From: a virus | Taxonomy: Duplodnaviria; Caudoviricetes | Length of the DNA stretch: 40,916 bases | Reading direction: 5' to 3' (one strand) | IMG/VR virus record: IMGVR_UViG_3300020045_009122 | Location: 1 to 40,916 of that record | Part shown: piece after piece, positions 1 through 9,735 of the stretch | Layout of the letters: every line of letters begins with the position of its first letter | How positions within the stretch are numbered: position 1 is the first letter of the stretch | The notes under the pieces: model-generated | What the model saw: only the letters and a program-made list of their open reading frames with translations | What the model was told of the DNA's origin: nothing | The model's database searches: none | Program-made: the position numbers and the translations under genes

Positions 1-2
1 GG

Positions 3-449
3 ATGCATACCGTCCTTCACCAGCGTATGATGCTGCCTGACCGTCAGATCGGTTATCGCACACAACTCATTCAGCGTGATTTTGTCAGTCATACTTCTGA
101 AGCGGAAGATGGGCGATACGATTCGACGTTGGTGATGCGGGCTATGCTGCAATACTACCGGCGGCTGGGCAAGGAGATGAGCGTAAACGAGCAAATGGAG
201 CGTCGGACACGATTGCAGGCGGATCTTTTGCAGAGCAAGCTGGATGTTGAGCGTGGAAAGTTGCTGCCGGTGGATGGGGTGATGAGTGCATGGGAGTTCA
301 TACTGATGAACATTCGACAGAGAATCCAGCATCATGCTAATTTTGGAGCGGATGTCAAAAAAGAGATCTTGTCCGAGCTCAAAGCAATCCCAGTCGAAGA
401 TTATAGACTACCAGAGTCAATTTCGGAACATGCTGAGGAAGAGCCTTGA
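3..449 (+). CDS. Terminase small subunit (lambda gpNu1-like), possibly 5'-truncated
   Basis: C-terminal ERRTRLQADLLQSKLDVERGKLLPVDGV..AW resembles the Nu1-family coiled-coil; directly upstream of and overlapping TerL. Confidence 0.8.
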   Translation: MHTVLHQRMMLPDRQIGYRTQLIQRDFVSHTSEAEDGRYDSTLVMRAMLQYYRRLGKEMSVNEQMERRTRLQADLLQSKLDVERGKLLPVDGVMSAWEFILMNIRQRIQHHANFGADVKKEILSELKAIPVEDYRLPESISEHAEEEP

Positions 450-2460
450 GCTTGCGTTCTCGGAGACGGACGAGCTGACGGTGTGGCAGTGGGCCGAGCG
501 TTACCGGCGGCTGGGCAAGGACGTGACGGCGCTTCCCGGCGCTTACCGAGTCAGTAACACCCCATACCAGCGAGAGCCGCAAGAATCATTTACCGACAGG
601 GATGTTCAATCTACCGTGCTTTGGTGGGGCTCCAGGCTTGGGAAGACCGAGACGCTCAACAACCTCGAAGGATACGTCGCCGAACATGACCCGAGCAGCG
701 TCCTTGTGGTTTACCCGACGCTGGACAGCGCCAAGAAATGGTCAAAGGAATTCTTCACCCCGATGGTCAACGCAACCCCGAAACTGCGCGGCCGCATCCG
801 AGAAGCCAAGAGCCGAGACTCCAACAACACGATTCTCTCGAAGCATTTCCCCGGTGGTAAAATTTCAGCGATAGGAGCGAACTCTCCGAGTGGTTTCCGT
901 CAGATCCAAGCGCGGGTCGTGATCTGCGACGAGATCGATGCGATGGAGAATGGAGCGGAGGGCGATCCGGTGACGCTGGCATTCAAGCGCGCCGACAATT
1001 ACTCGGACTCGATCCAGGTGTTGAGTTCGACCTCGACGATCAAGGGATTTTCGCGGATCGAAAAAGCGTATTTGCAGAGCGACCAGCGGAAATGGTTCGT
1101 TGCGTGCCCGAAATGTGGAGCCGATCAACTGTTGGTTTTCTCGCAAGTGCATTGGCCGGGGCGCGAGATATTCGAGATCAACCCGCAGGCTCATGCTGAT
1201 GCCTGCGACCCTGAGAAAGCACACTACAATTGCAGCCACTGTCAGACAGAGCTGTCAGACACCGACCGCGTTGCGATGGTCAAGGCCGGGAAATGGCGCG
1301 CGACTGCGCCTTTTCGTGGCGTCCGAGGCTATTGGCTCAATGGACTCAACACGACGTTCCCCGCCAAAAAGGGTTTCAAGACCAAGCTGCACCAGATGGC
1401 GCAAGAATACATGACTGCGCGGCTGGAGGGCGACGAATCCATGCAGGTATGGACGAACACGTTTTTGACCGAGAGTTACGAGCCTGCGGATTCGACCATC
1501 CCACTCGATCCACTCTACAAGCGACGCGAGGAATACACTCACGAGTTGCTCCCTCCGAAAATTGTGCTGTTGGTTGCGGGCGTGGACGTGCAGTCCGACC
1601 GGATTGAGATGGAGGTGAGCGGTTTTGGGGATGGTGAAGAATGGTGGGGAGTGGAATTTGTGAGGATCTTGGGCAACCCGAGCACACCGGAGCCGTGGCG
1701 GGTGCTGAGCGAGGCGCTGTGCAAGCTCTACACTCACCCACTTTATGGGCCCATGCGGGTGAAGATCGCATTTGTCGATTCGGGCTATTTGCAGGCAAGC
1801 GTATTTCGGATCGTGCGCAACTGGGAACAACGCCGGATTCAGGAGCCGGGGCATCGGGAAGATCCATTGATGTTCGCGGTGAAGGGCGTAAGCGGGGAAT
1901 GTCCGATTGCGCCGCGGCTGCACAGCCGCAGCAACGCCGCACGCGCGGCTGTCTGCCGGGTCGGCGTCGATATGGCCAAGGATGAACTGCACGCTCGGAT
2001 CAAGCTTGTGTTTCCAGGGCCGAAATATTTGCACTTCCCGATGGCTTACGAACTCGAATGGTTCCAACAACTGCTCGCCGAGAAACCGTATTACGAATTG
2101 CGGAAGGGTAAGGTCGTGAAAGTGTGGAAGAAGGCAAACAAACAGGACAGGAATGAGGCGTTGGACATTCGTGTCTATTCTTTGGCTGCGTTCATTTACT
2201 ACCGGCGGCTGCCGGAGTCGATCAAGGGGAGCCTGGACAAAGCGCTGGCGGCAAAACAGCTTGCAAAGTCGGTTGAACAGCCTGAAACTGTCATTAGCAA
2301 AACTAATGACGAAACCTTTAGTCGGCCTGCGGTCAATCGATTTGCGCGGACGGCTGGCGGCGGTGGGTTCGTAAAAGGTTGGCGAAAATATCGATGGCTG
2401 CCCCAATCCCAAGCACTGAACCGACAGTTGCATCAGCCGGGAACACGATCACATGGTTGA
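430..2460 (+). CDS. Terminase large subunit (lambda gpA family)
   Basis: TVWQWAERYR start, Walker A-like GSRLGKT, Walker B VVICDEID, CPKC/CSHC Zn motifs, nuclease AGVDVQ and RNEALD motifs; start moved to ATG 430. Confidence 0.95.
   Translation: MLRKSLELAFSETDELTVWQWAERYRRLGKDVTALPGAYRVSNTPYQREPQESFTDRDVQSTVLWWGSRLGKTETLNNLEGYVAEHDPSSVLVVYPTLDSAKKWSKEFFTPMVNATPKLRGRIREAKSRDSNNTILSKHFPGGKISAIGANSPSGFRQIQARVVICDEIDAMENGAEGDPVTLAFKRADNYSDSIQVLSSTSTIKGFSRIEKAYLQSDQRKWFVACPKCGADQLLVFSQVHWPGREIFEINPQAHADACDPEKAHYNCSHCQTELSDTDRVAMVKAGKWRATAPFRGVRGYWLNGLNTTFPAKKGFKTKLHQMAQEYMTARLEGDESMQVWTNTFLTESYEPADSTIPLDPLYKRREEYTHELLPPKIVLLVAGVDVQSDRIEMEVSGFGDGEEWWGVEFVRILGNPSTPEPWRVLSEALCKLYTHPLYGPMRVKIAFVDSGYLQASVFRIVRNWEQRRIQEPGHREDPLMFAVKGVSGECPIAPRLHSRSNAARAAVCRVGVDMAKDELHARIKLVFPGPKYLHFPMAYELEWFQQLLAEKPYYELRKGKVVKVWKKANKQDRNEALDIRVYSLAAFIYYRRLPESIKGSLDKALAAKQLAKSVEQPETVISKTNDETFSRPAVNRFARTAGGGGFVKGWRKYRWLPQSQALNRQLHQPGTRSHG
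2290..2310. promoter_or_regulatory. Palindromic late motif copy 1 (GTCATTAG-CAAAA-CTAATGAC)
   Basis: Perfect 8-bp inverted repeat with 5-nt spacer inside the TerL 3' end, 84 nt upstream of the next gene; arms identical to those at 14015-14035. Confidence 0.6.
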
Positions 2461-2963
2461 AATCCCTGCCAGATTACCCGGCTGACCAGGGCTGGGTGCT
2501 GTCCTACGCATTCGTTTCGACTGTTGGGAATAAGTTCGCCGTGACGGCTGCGGCGAGCGGTAGCGATCACCTGGTAACGATCACGGCTGCGACAAGTGCG
2601 GCTTACGCGGCCGGAAAATGGTCATGGCAGAGCTATGCGACCTCCGGCGCGCTCCGTTACCTGGTCGATGACGGACTTCTCCAGATCCTGCCCAATTACT
2701 CTGCGCAAACGACCACGCTCGACACTCGGAGCCATGCTCGCAAATGTCTTGAGCTGATCGAGGCGGCCATGCAGGGCAGACTGCCGGACGGGCTGGACGG
2801 TTACAACATCGGCGGGGTGGACATTCGCATGATCGGACTGGCGCAACTACGCGTAATGGAAGATCAGTATCGCGCGGACGTGATCCGAGAGGAGCAAGCT
2901 GAGAATATTTCCAAGGGGCTGGGGAGCGGCAGAAATATTTACGTGCGCTTTGGCCGACCATGA
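2394..2963 (+). CDS. Head-completion / head-tail joining protein (gpW-position protein)
   Basis: Lies between TerL and portal; C-terminal YNIGG..I...L..LR....Y...V..E pattern like gpW-type proteins. Confidence 0.6.
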   Translation: MAAPIPSTEPTVASAGNTITWLKSLPDYPADQGWVLSYAFVSTVGNKFAVTAAASGSDHLVTITAATSAAYAAGKWSWQSYATSGALRYLVDDGLLQILPNYSAQTTTLDTRSHARKCLELIEAAMQGRLPDGLDGYNIGGVDIRMIGLAQLRVMEDQYRADVIREEQAENISKGLGSGRNIYVRFGRP

Positions 2964-4456
2964 AACTAATCGAGCGCGCGATGCGCAAATTCGGTTACGC
3001 TAAAATCCAGACGCGCAGCGGGAATTTGTTCAATGCGGCGGCTGTCAACCGGCTGACCAATGACTGGTCAATCAACACCCTATCGCCGGATGCAGCGATC
3101 TGGAAAGATCTCAGATCGCTGCGCTCACGGGCGCGCGACCTGGAACGTAACAACGATTACGTCAGAAAGTTCCTCAGCGACCTTGAGAAAAATATTCTGG
3201 GATCTTTCGGGATCGGTCTTCAGATGAAAATCAAGGACCCGAACGGATCTTATGACCGAGTGGCGAATGATCTGATCGAGACGGCCTGGAAAGATTTCTG
3301 CAAGCGCGGCACCTTCACCGTTACCCGGAAAATGAGCGCATTGACTGCGTGCCGGTTGATTGTCAGGAGCATCGCGCGCGACGGTGAATGCCTGATCCGC
3401 AAGGTGAGGGGATTCGAGAACGGATGGGGATTCTCGATTCAGTTGATCGAGTCCGACCTGCTAGACATCGATTACAACTCGTTCCCGATGGGCGGCAACA
3501 AAATCAAAATGGGCGTCGAACTTAATCAGTGGGACGAGCCAGTTGCCTACCACATTTTGCCGGCGCATCCGGGGGATTTATTCACCGGCAGCACGGAGAT
3601 TTACAAGAATCGCGTGCGCGTACCAGCGGAAGAGATTCTGCACCCGTTCATCCCGGAGCGAATCGGCCAGACTCGAGGTTATCCATGGCTTGCATCGTCG
3701 ATGCTCCGGCTTCAGATGCTCGGTGCGTGGGAAGAGAGCGCACTCGTGGCGGCGCGTAACGGGGCGAGTACGATGGGATTCTTTGAGCGCACGACTCCCG
3801 AGGGTTGGAGCGGAGAAGACGACGGGCGCGGAAATTTGATTCAGGAAGTCGAGCCTGGGCTCCTGCAAGACTTGCCCATGGGGGTCACTTTCAAACCTCA
3901 CAATGCAGCCTATCCGAACATCGAGAGTAGCGCGTTTCGAAAGGACATTTTGCGCGGTATAGCCAGCGGCCTGTGTGTTTCCTACAACAATCTGGCCGGG
4001 GATTATGAGTCTGTGAATTATTCGAGCCTGCGCGCGGCTGCGCTTGATGACCGCGAGGTTTGGAAAATGATCCAGACGTTTTTCTGTGATGAGGTGATGG
4101 CTGGGATCTTCGAGCCGTGGTTGGAAATGGCTTTGATGAGCGGGAAAGTTGCATTGCCGTTGCGCAAGCTCGATAAATTTACGGCGCCGGAATGGAAGCC
4201 GAGGCGATGGAGCTGGGTGGATCCGCTCAAGGACGTCCAAGCATCGATCCTGGAGGTTGACAATGGATTCACGTCAAGGAGGCAGATCATCGCGGAAGAC
4301 GGGGGAGACATTGAGGATACCTTCAACGAGATATCCGAGGATGAAGCGCTAGAGGAGGAATACGGGATCGAGCTTGGAGTGAACAAACAGGCGGTGGCGG
4401 ATGCGGCCGTGGCGACCGCAAAAGAAGAGGCTAAAGTTCCCCCGGGAAAGGATTAA
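2960..4456 (+). CDS. Portal protein, lambda family
   Basis: LRSRARDLERNN, RIGQTRGYPW, NYSSLRAA and WVDPLKD motifs; 498 aa. Confidence 0.95.
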   Translation: MKLIERAMRKFGYAKIQTRSGNLFNAAAVNRLTNDWSINTLSPDAAIWKDLRSLRSRARDLERNNDYVRKFLSDLEKNILGSFGIGLQMKIKDPNGSYDRVANDLIETAWKDFCKRGTFTVTRKMSALTACRLIVRSIARDGECLIRKVRGFENGWGFSIQLIESDLLDIDYNSFPMGGNKIKMGVELNQWDEPVAYHILPAHPGDLFTGSTEIYKNRVRVPAEEILHPFIPERIGQTRGYPWLASSMLRLQMLGAWEESALVAARNGASTMGFFERTTPEGWSGEDDGRGNLIQEVEPGLLQDLPMGVTFKPHNAAYPNIESSAFRKDILRGIASGLCVSYNNLAGDYESVNYSSLRAAALDDREVWKMIQTFFCDEVMAGIFEPWLEMALMSGKVALPLRKLDKFTAPEWKPRRWSWVDPLKDVQASILEVDNGFTSRRQIIAEDGGDIEDTFNEISEDEALEEEYGIELGVNKQAVADAAVATAKEEAKVPPGKD

Positions 4457-4457
4457 A

Positions 4458-4904
4458 ATGCCGGACGCGCACAAAAATTTCTCAATTTCGACGGTGCTTA
4501 CGGCTCCGAGTCCTGCGGCGAGCGGCACATCTCTCGTTGTCGCGGCTGCTGGCGGCCTTCTTTTTCCAACCCCTCCGTTCAACGCTACGATCTGGCCGAC
4601 AGCGGTTCAGCCAACATCAGTCAATGCGGAGGTGGTTCGGGTTACTCTGATCGTTGTTGACACCCTGACGATCACGCGCACGCAGGAGGGATCATCGGCT
4701 CGGACTATCGTTGTTGGTGACCAGATTGCCGCGACGATAACAGCAAAGACGTTCACCGACATTGAACTCTCGCTTCCGACGACCTACGCGGGCGACCCGA
4801 ACGGTAATCTGGACGGCAATCCAGGCCGTCCGTGTTACGACACCGTCGGAGAGAGGAACTGGATAAAAACAACGGCGGCTGCAACATTAACTGGTTGGCA
4901 ATGA
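4458..4904 (+). CDS. Putative virion structural protein (fibre-anchor-like)
   Basis: Thr/Ala/Val-rich beta sequence; EVVRVT..DTLTITRTQEGSSAR resembles N-termini of phage fibre proteins. Confidence 0.55.
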   Translation: MPDAHKNFSISTVLTAPSPAASGTSLVVAAAGGLLFPTPPFNATIWPTAVQPTSVNAEVVRVTLIVVDTLTITRTQEGSSARTIVVGDQIAATITAKTFTDIELSLPTTYAGDPNGNLDGNPGRPCYDTVGERNWIKTTAAATLTGWQ

Positions 4905-5542
4905 AAACTCGTTTACTATTTTCGGTTCTGGTTTTGCTCACATGCTCGGTGCGCGGCCAGATAAATAATATCGTAGCTCCGGGAGGCACGTTGACGCTCA
5001 AGACCAACGTAACGGTGACGGGTGCGCTTGTGGTTGGAGCAACCAATATTGTTGGTGCGCTCAGCTCGAAAGCCGAACTGGTTTCTCCTGCGTTCACGAC
5101 TCCAAGCCTCGGGGCCGCGACGGCTCTCACCCTCGACACCGGCCAAGGCGCCAACGAACTCTACGACATGGACCAGGATGTGATGACGACTTCTGATCCA
5201 TTGTTTGGAGTTATTACAGCCAAGAAATCGTTTCGGGTTTATCAGGGTTCACTCACGCACGCCGGTACAGTCACGCTGGATTTTGACGCAACCACGACTG
5301 TCAACGCCCTGACGATCACCGGCAATGTCACATTCGCCACATCGAACCTCGCGACTAATCGGACCTACCGATTGAAGATTACAGGCACGAGCACGAATGC
5401 CACGCCTACATTTCCGGCTACGTGGAATTTCCTTGGTGGCGCTCCAACGGTAATCACAGCGTCGAAGGTAGGAATGCTCTCCCTAGAAGCATGGGGAACA
5501 ACTGATGAGAGCGTAGTCGCTGCATTCTCCGAGGCACAATGA
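4901..5542 (+). CDS. Signal-peptide-bearing Thr-rich fibre-like protein
   Basis: N-terminus MKTRLLFSVLVLLTCSVRG; C-terminal TITGNVTFATSN..TFPATWNFLGGAP resembles fibre tip domains; ATGA-coupled. Confidence 0.55.
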   Translation: MKTRLLFSVLVLLTCSVRGQINNIVAPGGTLTLKTNVTVTGALVVGATNIVGALSSKAELVSPAFTTPSLGAATALTLDTGQGANELYDMDQDVMTTSDPLFGVITAKKSFRVYQGSLTHAGTVTLDFDATTTVNALTITGNVTFATSNLATNRTYRLKITGTSTNATPTFPATWNFLGGAPTVITASKVGMLSLEAWGTTDESVVAAFSEAQ

Positions 5543-6333
5543 AGACTTGCTTCCTTTTGGCTGTTGTCCTCTTTTTTGTGGTTTGTACAAGTAGTCAACC
5601 AGCGTTCTCGACTGGCGACCTTGCTCACATTAACAGCACATCTCCACTTAGAAAAAACCTTGAGGGATACTGGAGATTAGGCGAGGCAACTGGAACAACG
5701 AGATACGATGATTCTAAAAACGGAGTCCATCTGACCAGCAATAACGGCGTTAGCCAGCAGGTGGGAATGGTAAACAATTGTTCGGGTTTCGTAAGTGCAA
5801 GCACACAATACTTAAGCGCAGCAAATACCAACCAGCTTCAGTTTTTACTTTCAACTCCGTTCACTTTAGCTGCATGGGTTAAACTCACAAACAACGCTAC
5901 AACGCAAACCTTAGTGTCGAAATTTACTGCGTCCCCATTTAGGGGATATATGACGTACGTTCAAGCGGGCAAATTTAAGGTTGTTCTGTACTCAACAAGC
6001 ACCGCTTCAAAAATTCTTGCTGCAAATGCGGTCATAACCAATGCCGTCTGGCATTTTCTGGTCGGAACTCACGACGGCACAGGAACGACGAACGGCTTAA
6101 AGGTTTGGGTTGATGGAACAAATGACACAACAGCAGTCCCTACAACGGCTGGTACTCTGACAGATATAAATAATACAGCCGAGTTTAATGTTGGGGTTTA
6201 CGGTTCATCAATAAGCCCAGCAAACGGCCTCATTGACGAAGTTGGAGTCTGGTCGAGAGTTCTGACCACAAATGAGATAGGCAAGCTCTACAGAAGCGGA
6301 CTCGGAACGCATTTTCCTTGGGCGCATCCATGA
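5539..6333 (+). CDS. LamG/concanavalin A-like domain protein with signal peptide
   Basis: LEGYWRLGE, FTLAAWVK, WHFLVGT, VWVDG, GLIDEVGVWSRVLT..EI..LY motifs. Confidence 0.85.
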   Translation: MKTCFLLAVVLFFVVCTSSQPAFSTGDLAHINSTSPLRKNLEGYWRLGEATGTTRYDDSKNGVHLTSNNGVSQQVGMVNNCSGFVSASTQYLSAANTNQLQFLLSTPFTLAAWVKLTNNATTQTLVSKFTASPFRGYMTYVQAGKFKVVLYSTSTASKILAANAVITNAVWHFLVGTHDGTGTTNGLKVWVDGTNDTTAVPTTAGTLTDINNTAEFNVGVYGSSISPANGLIDEVGVWSRVLTTNEIGKLYRSGLGTHFPWAHP

Positions 6334-6803
6334 AGATTTTACTCATGCTGTTGGTATTCTTGGTTTGCGTCTCCGCACAAGCCGCGACGTTGGCCAGCGC
6401 ACGCGCGAAGGTGGACGCGTGGCTTACAAATAACTGGTCAGCAGTCACGACTCGACAGGCAACATATCTTGCTGCACACGGACGATACTGGCAGGGATTG
6501 CTAACTTGCACAGATACGAACGGAATCCCAAACTTCACAACCGGAGCCGATGGCGATTCGATTCAGAACAATCTCGCATCTAAACCCTATTACCAGTCCG
6601 AATCTATTACGGATATTTTCCCGGAGTTTTTGGGTCTCCCTCTGCCAGCAGCATTCGAGTGCACGCAATACGTTGGACCGTTCGGAAAAGGATATGTCGT
6701 GACCGTGTGGGTTCGGTTCAACGGTACGATTTATACTCGGTCAAAGGGTGTCGGACCGGAATCGAGAGATGCAGCATGGGCCGCTTGGGTTCCTGGGTTA
6801 TGA
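6330..6803 (+). CDS. Hypothetical protein with signal peptide
   Basis: MKILLMLLVFLVCVSAQA (AxA cleavage site); ATGA-coupled to the upstream gene. Confidence 0.6.
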   Translation: MKILLMLLVFLVCVSAQAATLASARAKVDAWLTNNWSAVTTRQATYLAAHGRYWQGLLTCTDTNGIPNFTTGADGDSIQNNLASKPYYQSESITDIFPEFLGLPLPAAFECTQYVGPFGKGYVVTVWVRFNGTIYTRSKGVGPESRDAAWAAWVPGL

Positions 6804-6879
6804 CCATCCCTCTCCTCATCCTTCTCGCCTGCAGGCTGCCGATAGTCGGCAAGCGTTTCATGGAAAAATGCGCCGTGAC

Positions 6880-7056
6880 ATGATGGGTTTTTATTACTTC
6901 GGCCAACCGTATTTTGGGCAAGGGTCAGTCAACGTCGCTGCACCTGTGTCCCCCACCACGCCGCGCACAAAGAAAGAGCGCATGACCCCCGTGGAGAAGC
7001 GAGCTTACGAGAAAATTCGCGTGCTTCCTCCGGATGCTTTGCGCCTTACCCGTTGA
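6880..7056 (+). CDS. Small hypothetical protein
   Basis: MMGFYYFGQPYFGQG aromatic/Gly N-terminus; fills the gap before the capsid gene. Confidence 0.4.
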   Translation: MMGFYYFGQPYFGQGSVNVAAPVSPTTPRTKKERMTPVEKRAYEKIRVLPPDALRLTR

Positions 7057-7080
7057 CTTCCACTATTAGAGAGCCTAATG
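7053..7080 (+). promoter_or_regulatory. TTGACT plus late motif copy 2 (TATTAG-AGAGC-CTAATG)
   Basis: Intergenic; ends 11 nt before the capsid ATG; one mismatch to CATTAG-N5-CTAATG. Confidence 0.55.
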
Positions 7081-7091
7081 ATTGTAAGTAG

Positions 7092-8951
7092 ATGAGTAGA
7101 ACGATCAAATCGGGCATATTCTACCGAACGCTAGAACTCGGCGGCGATGGAGACAAGGTGCGGGCCTCCGTAGACATGGAAAAACGCACGATCCGCGTCG
7201 CGTTTGCGTCCGAGGTTCCCTGCCAGAGATTTTTCGGAAACGAGATCCTCGATTGCTCTCCGGAAAGCGTTGACCTCAGCCGCATGAATTCAGCCGGGCC
7301 CCTTCTGATGGATCACAATCGCGAGGATGTCGTTGGAGTGTGCGAAAGCGCAAGATGTGATTCGGACAAGAAGGTGAGAGGGACGTTTCGATTCGGCAAA
7401 TCTGATCGTGCGAGTGAAATTTTAACCGACGTTGCGGATGGAATCCGCTCGCTGGTTTCTGTCGGATATCGAGTCAAGAAAATGGTGACCGAGAAGATCG
7501 AGGACGGTGTGGAAACCCTCCGCGCGGTCTCTTGGATGCCGGTTGAAGTCTCGATAGTGAGTGTGCCTCTCGATCCAACTGTTGGAATCGGGAGAAGCAA
7601 CTCAAACGAAACTCTTGAAATTCAAATTATGGATACAACTTCACAACCTCCGACCGCTTCAGCGTCGCCTCCCGCTGCGCCTCCGGGCCGGTCAGAGGCC
7701 GATGTCAGAAAGGACATCCTGAAAGATCATGCCGAGATCCGGGCAATCGCTTTGAAAGCGAATCTCGTCGAACTCGGTGAACAGGCAATTCAAGCCGGCA
7801 CTGACCCGCAGACATTCCGACAGCAAGCATTTGAGAAAGTTTGCACGGGCGCGAGATCAATCCCCTCTACGGCTCCCGAACTTGGGATGTCGAACAATGA
7901 AATCAAGCGCTACTCGATAGTCCGCGCTATCAACATGATTGCCAACCGTCAGCCATTGGATGGACTCGAAGCCGAAGCCAGCAAGGCAGTCGAAAAACAA
8001 GTCGGGAAAAGGCCGGACGGTTTTTTCGTTCCCTACGACGTGACATCAAGATCGTTTTCCGAGAGCAAGGAAATAGATTCACGATCCGCGTCCGAACTTC
8101 TCCTGCAACTTCGAGCTCTCGTGCCAAACGTATTTTCTGCGGGCGGTGCGCTGATATCTACTGATCTGCTCACGGGATCGATGATCGATCTGTTGCGAAA
8201 CGCGATGCAGGTGATGGCGCTGGGCGCTCGCAATCTGACCGGGCTGGTCGGTGACGTGGCCATCCCTCGTGTGACTGGCGGCGCAACGGCATACTGGCTT
8301 GCGGTTGGTGCGGCTATCACGCGCAGCCAACAGACGGTCGGTCAGCTCGCGCTCACCCCGCACAGGCTCGGGGCCGCGACGGCTTACGACAAGCAGTTGG
8401 TCATTCAGACTTCCCTGAGCGTCGAACAATTCGTTCGACAGGACCTCATGGAGGTGCTCGCGCTCGAAAAGGATCGAGCGGCGATTGCCGGAAGCGGAGT
8501 CAGCGGTGAACCGCTGGGCATTCTCAACACAACCGGGCTTTCGACTCCGGTGACATTCGGCACGGCGGCTCAACCGCTCTTCACCGACGTGATCAAATTC
8601 GAGACGAACCTGGCAGCCAATAATGCCGACCGTGGGAACCTCGGGTTCCTGGTCAACCCGGCAATTCGCGGGTGGGCCAAAGGCACGCCAAAATTCACAA
8701 GCACGGGAACTCCGATTTGGGAAGGAGACATGATGAACGGTTATCCGGCTAGAGTTTCCAACCAGGTGCCAATTGCGACGAGCACGATTTTCGGGAGATG
8801 GGACGATCTGATTGTCGCTGACTGGAACGGGATCGATGTTGTGGTTGACCCATACACGCTGTCCCTCAACGGACAGATCGGGATCGTGGTTCAGATGTTC
8901 ACGGACATTGGGATACGGCACGCGCCATCATTTGCCGTTTCGACCAACTAA
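7092..8951 (+). CDS. Fused prohead protease - major capsid protein (HK97 fold)
   Basis: N-terminal protease motifs PLLMDHN, VSVGYRV, EVSIVSVPLD; C-terminal capsid motifs GGALISTD, GYPARVSNQVP, IFGRWDDL, DIGIRHAPSF. Confidence 0.93.
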   Translation: MSRTIKSGIFYRTLELGGDGDKVRASVDMEKRTIRVAFASEVPCQRFFGNEILDCSPESVDLSRMNSAGPLLMDHNREDVVGVCESARCDSDKKVRGTFRFGKSDRASEILTDVADGIRSLVSVGYRVKKMVTEKIEDGVETLRAVSWMPVEVSIVSVPLDPTVGIGRSNSNETLEIQIMDTTSQPPTASASPPAAPPGRSEADVRKDILKDHAEIRAIALKANLVELGEQAIQAGTDPQTFRQQAFEKVCTGARSIPSTAPELGMSNNEIKRYSIVRAINMIANRQPLDGLEAEASKAVEKQVGKRPDGFFVPYDVTSRSFSESKEIDSRSASELLLQLRALVPNVFSAGGALISTDLLTGSMIDLLRNAMQVMALGARNLTGLVGDVAIPRVTGGATAYWLAVGAAITRSQQTVGQLALTPHRLGAATAYDKQLVIQTSLSVEQFVRQDLMEVLALEKDRAAIAGSGVSGEPLGILNTTGLSTPVTFGTAAQPLFTDVIKFETNLAANNADRGNLGFLVNPAIRGWAKGTPKFTSTGTPIWEGDMMNGYPARVSNQVPIATSTIFGRWDDLIVADWNGIDVVVDPYTLSLNGQIGIVVQMFTDIGIRHAPSFAVSTN

Positions 8952-9142
8952 TGAAAATACGAATTCTACGAAGCACGACTCTGCACGGTAGGGCGGTTGC
9001 TGCCGGTGAAATCCTGGAGGTGACTCCGGGAGATTATCAAAACCTTGCCGAGTACAAGCTCTGCGAGGAAGTGAAATCGGCTCCGGTTGAAGCGGTGATT
9101 GAAGCGGCTCCGAAGAAATTCGCGAAAGGAAAACAGATATGA
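8951..9142 (+). CDS. Small post-capsid protein
   Basis: 63 aa; MKIRILR..GEILEV pattern typical of small genes following the major capsid gene. Confidence 0.65.
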   Translation: MKIRILRSTTLHGRAVAAGEILEVTPGDYQNLAEYKLCEEVKSAPVEAVIEAAPKKFAKGKQI

Positions 9143-9525
9143 ATCTACAAAATCTTAACGGTGAACTGACAGGGCTCCAATTCATGAACGCTCACGCGCT
9201 CGTCGCGGCAGGTACTGCGACATTCGCGGGTGTTGACGTGAAGGAGTTCCTCGGTGACATCGCGCTGATACTGACCAGCGCAAATGCAAATGCTACCACG
9301 GGCGCACAGATCAGCCTGTTGCAGTCGGCGGACAATACTACGTTCGCGACATGGGCGGCGGCTCCGACGTTCGCGCTCCTCACGAGCGCTGTGACCGGGC
9401 CATTGCAGGCAAGTTTAGACACTCGGGCTTGCCAGCGTTACATCCAAGCAAAGCACGTGGTCACAGGCACGACAGCGACATTCGACCTTGCTCTTATTGG
9501 GGTCGGAGTTAAACAGCGAATCTGA
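9139..9525 (+). CDS. Putative capsid cement/decoration protein
   Basis: 128 aa beta-rich; LLQSADNTTF and QRYIQAKHVV resemble jelly-roll cement proteins; followed by a terminator. Confidence 0.6.
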   Translation: MNLQNLNGELTGLQFMNAHALVAAGTATFAGVDVKEFLGDIALILTSANANATTGAQISLLQSADNTTFATWAAAPTFALLTSAVTGPLQASLDTRACQRYIQAKHVVTGTTATFDLALIGVGVKQRI

Positions 9526-9545
9526 CGATTGGTTGCGGTGTGTTG

Positions 9546-9590
9546 ACCCGGGCTGGCTTGCTTTTTCACCAGCTCGGGTTTTTTCTTTTC
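9546..9590 (+). terminator. Rho-independent terminator
   Basis: ACCCGGGCTGG / CCAGCTCGGGT stem (one G-U pair) followed by TTTTTCTTTT. Confidence 0.8.
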
Positions 9591-9735
9591 TTGACGGTGG
9601 ATTCGTGTTGCGCGATTGTCCGATTGTGATTGGACCCACAGCCGAAACCGAGTTCTCAAAATTTCCCCCTCTCTGCATCTGCTTGCGCCTCTCGGGGCGG
9701 GTCCTCTCGTCGATGTAGGGAGGGGGTTTTTAGTT

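Noticed and set aside
1255-2433. 392-aa minus-strand ORF
   Set aside because: Antisense shadow of TerL with no motifs
2379-2460. TerL continues past GGFVKGW and overlaps the next gene by 67 nt
   Set aside because: Most simply a lost stop codon giving a short extension; no evidence of recoding
6800-6883. 27-aa ORF MTIPLLILLAC with a lipobox-like motif
   Set aside because: ATGA-coupled on both sides but too short to support as a functional gene
5108-8384. 18-bp repeat CTCGGGGCCGCGACGGCT at 5108-5125 and 8367-8384
   Set aside because: Both encode LGAATA with common GC-rich codons; only two copies, no structure or regulatory context
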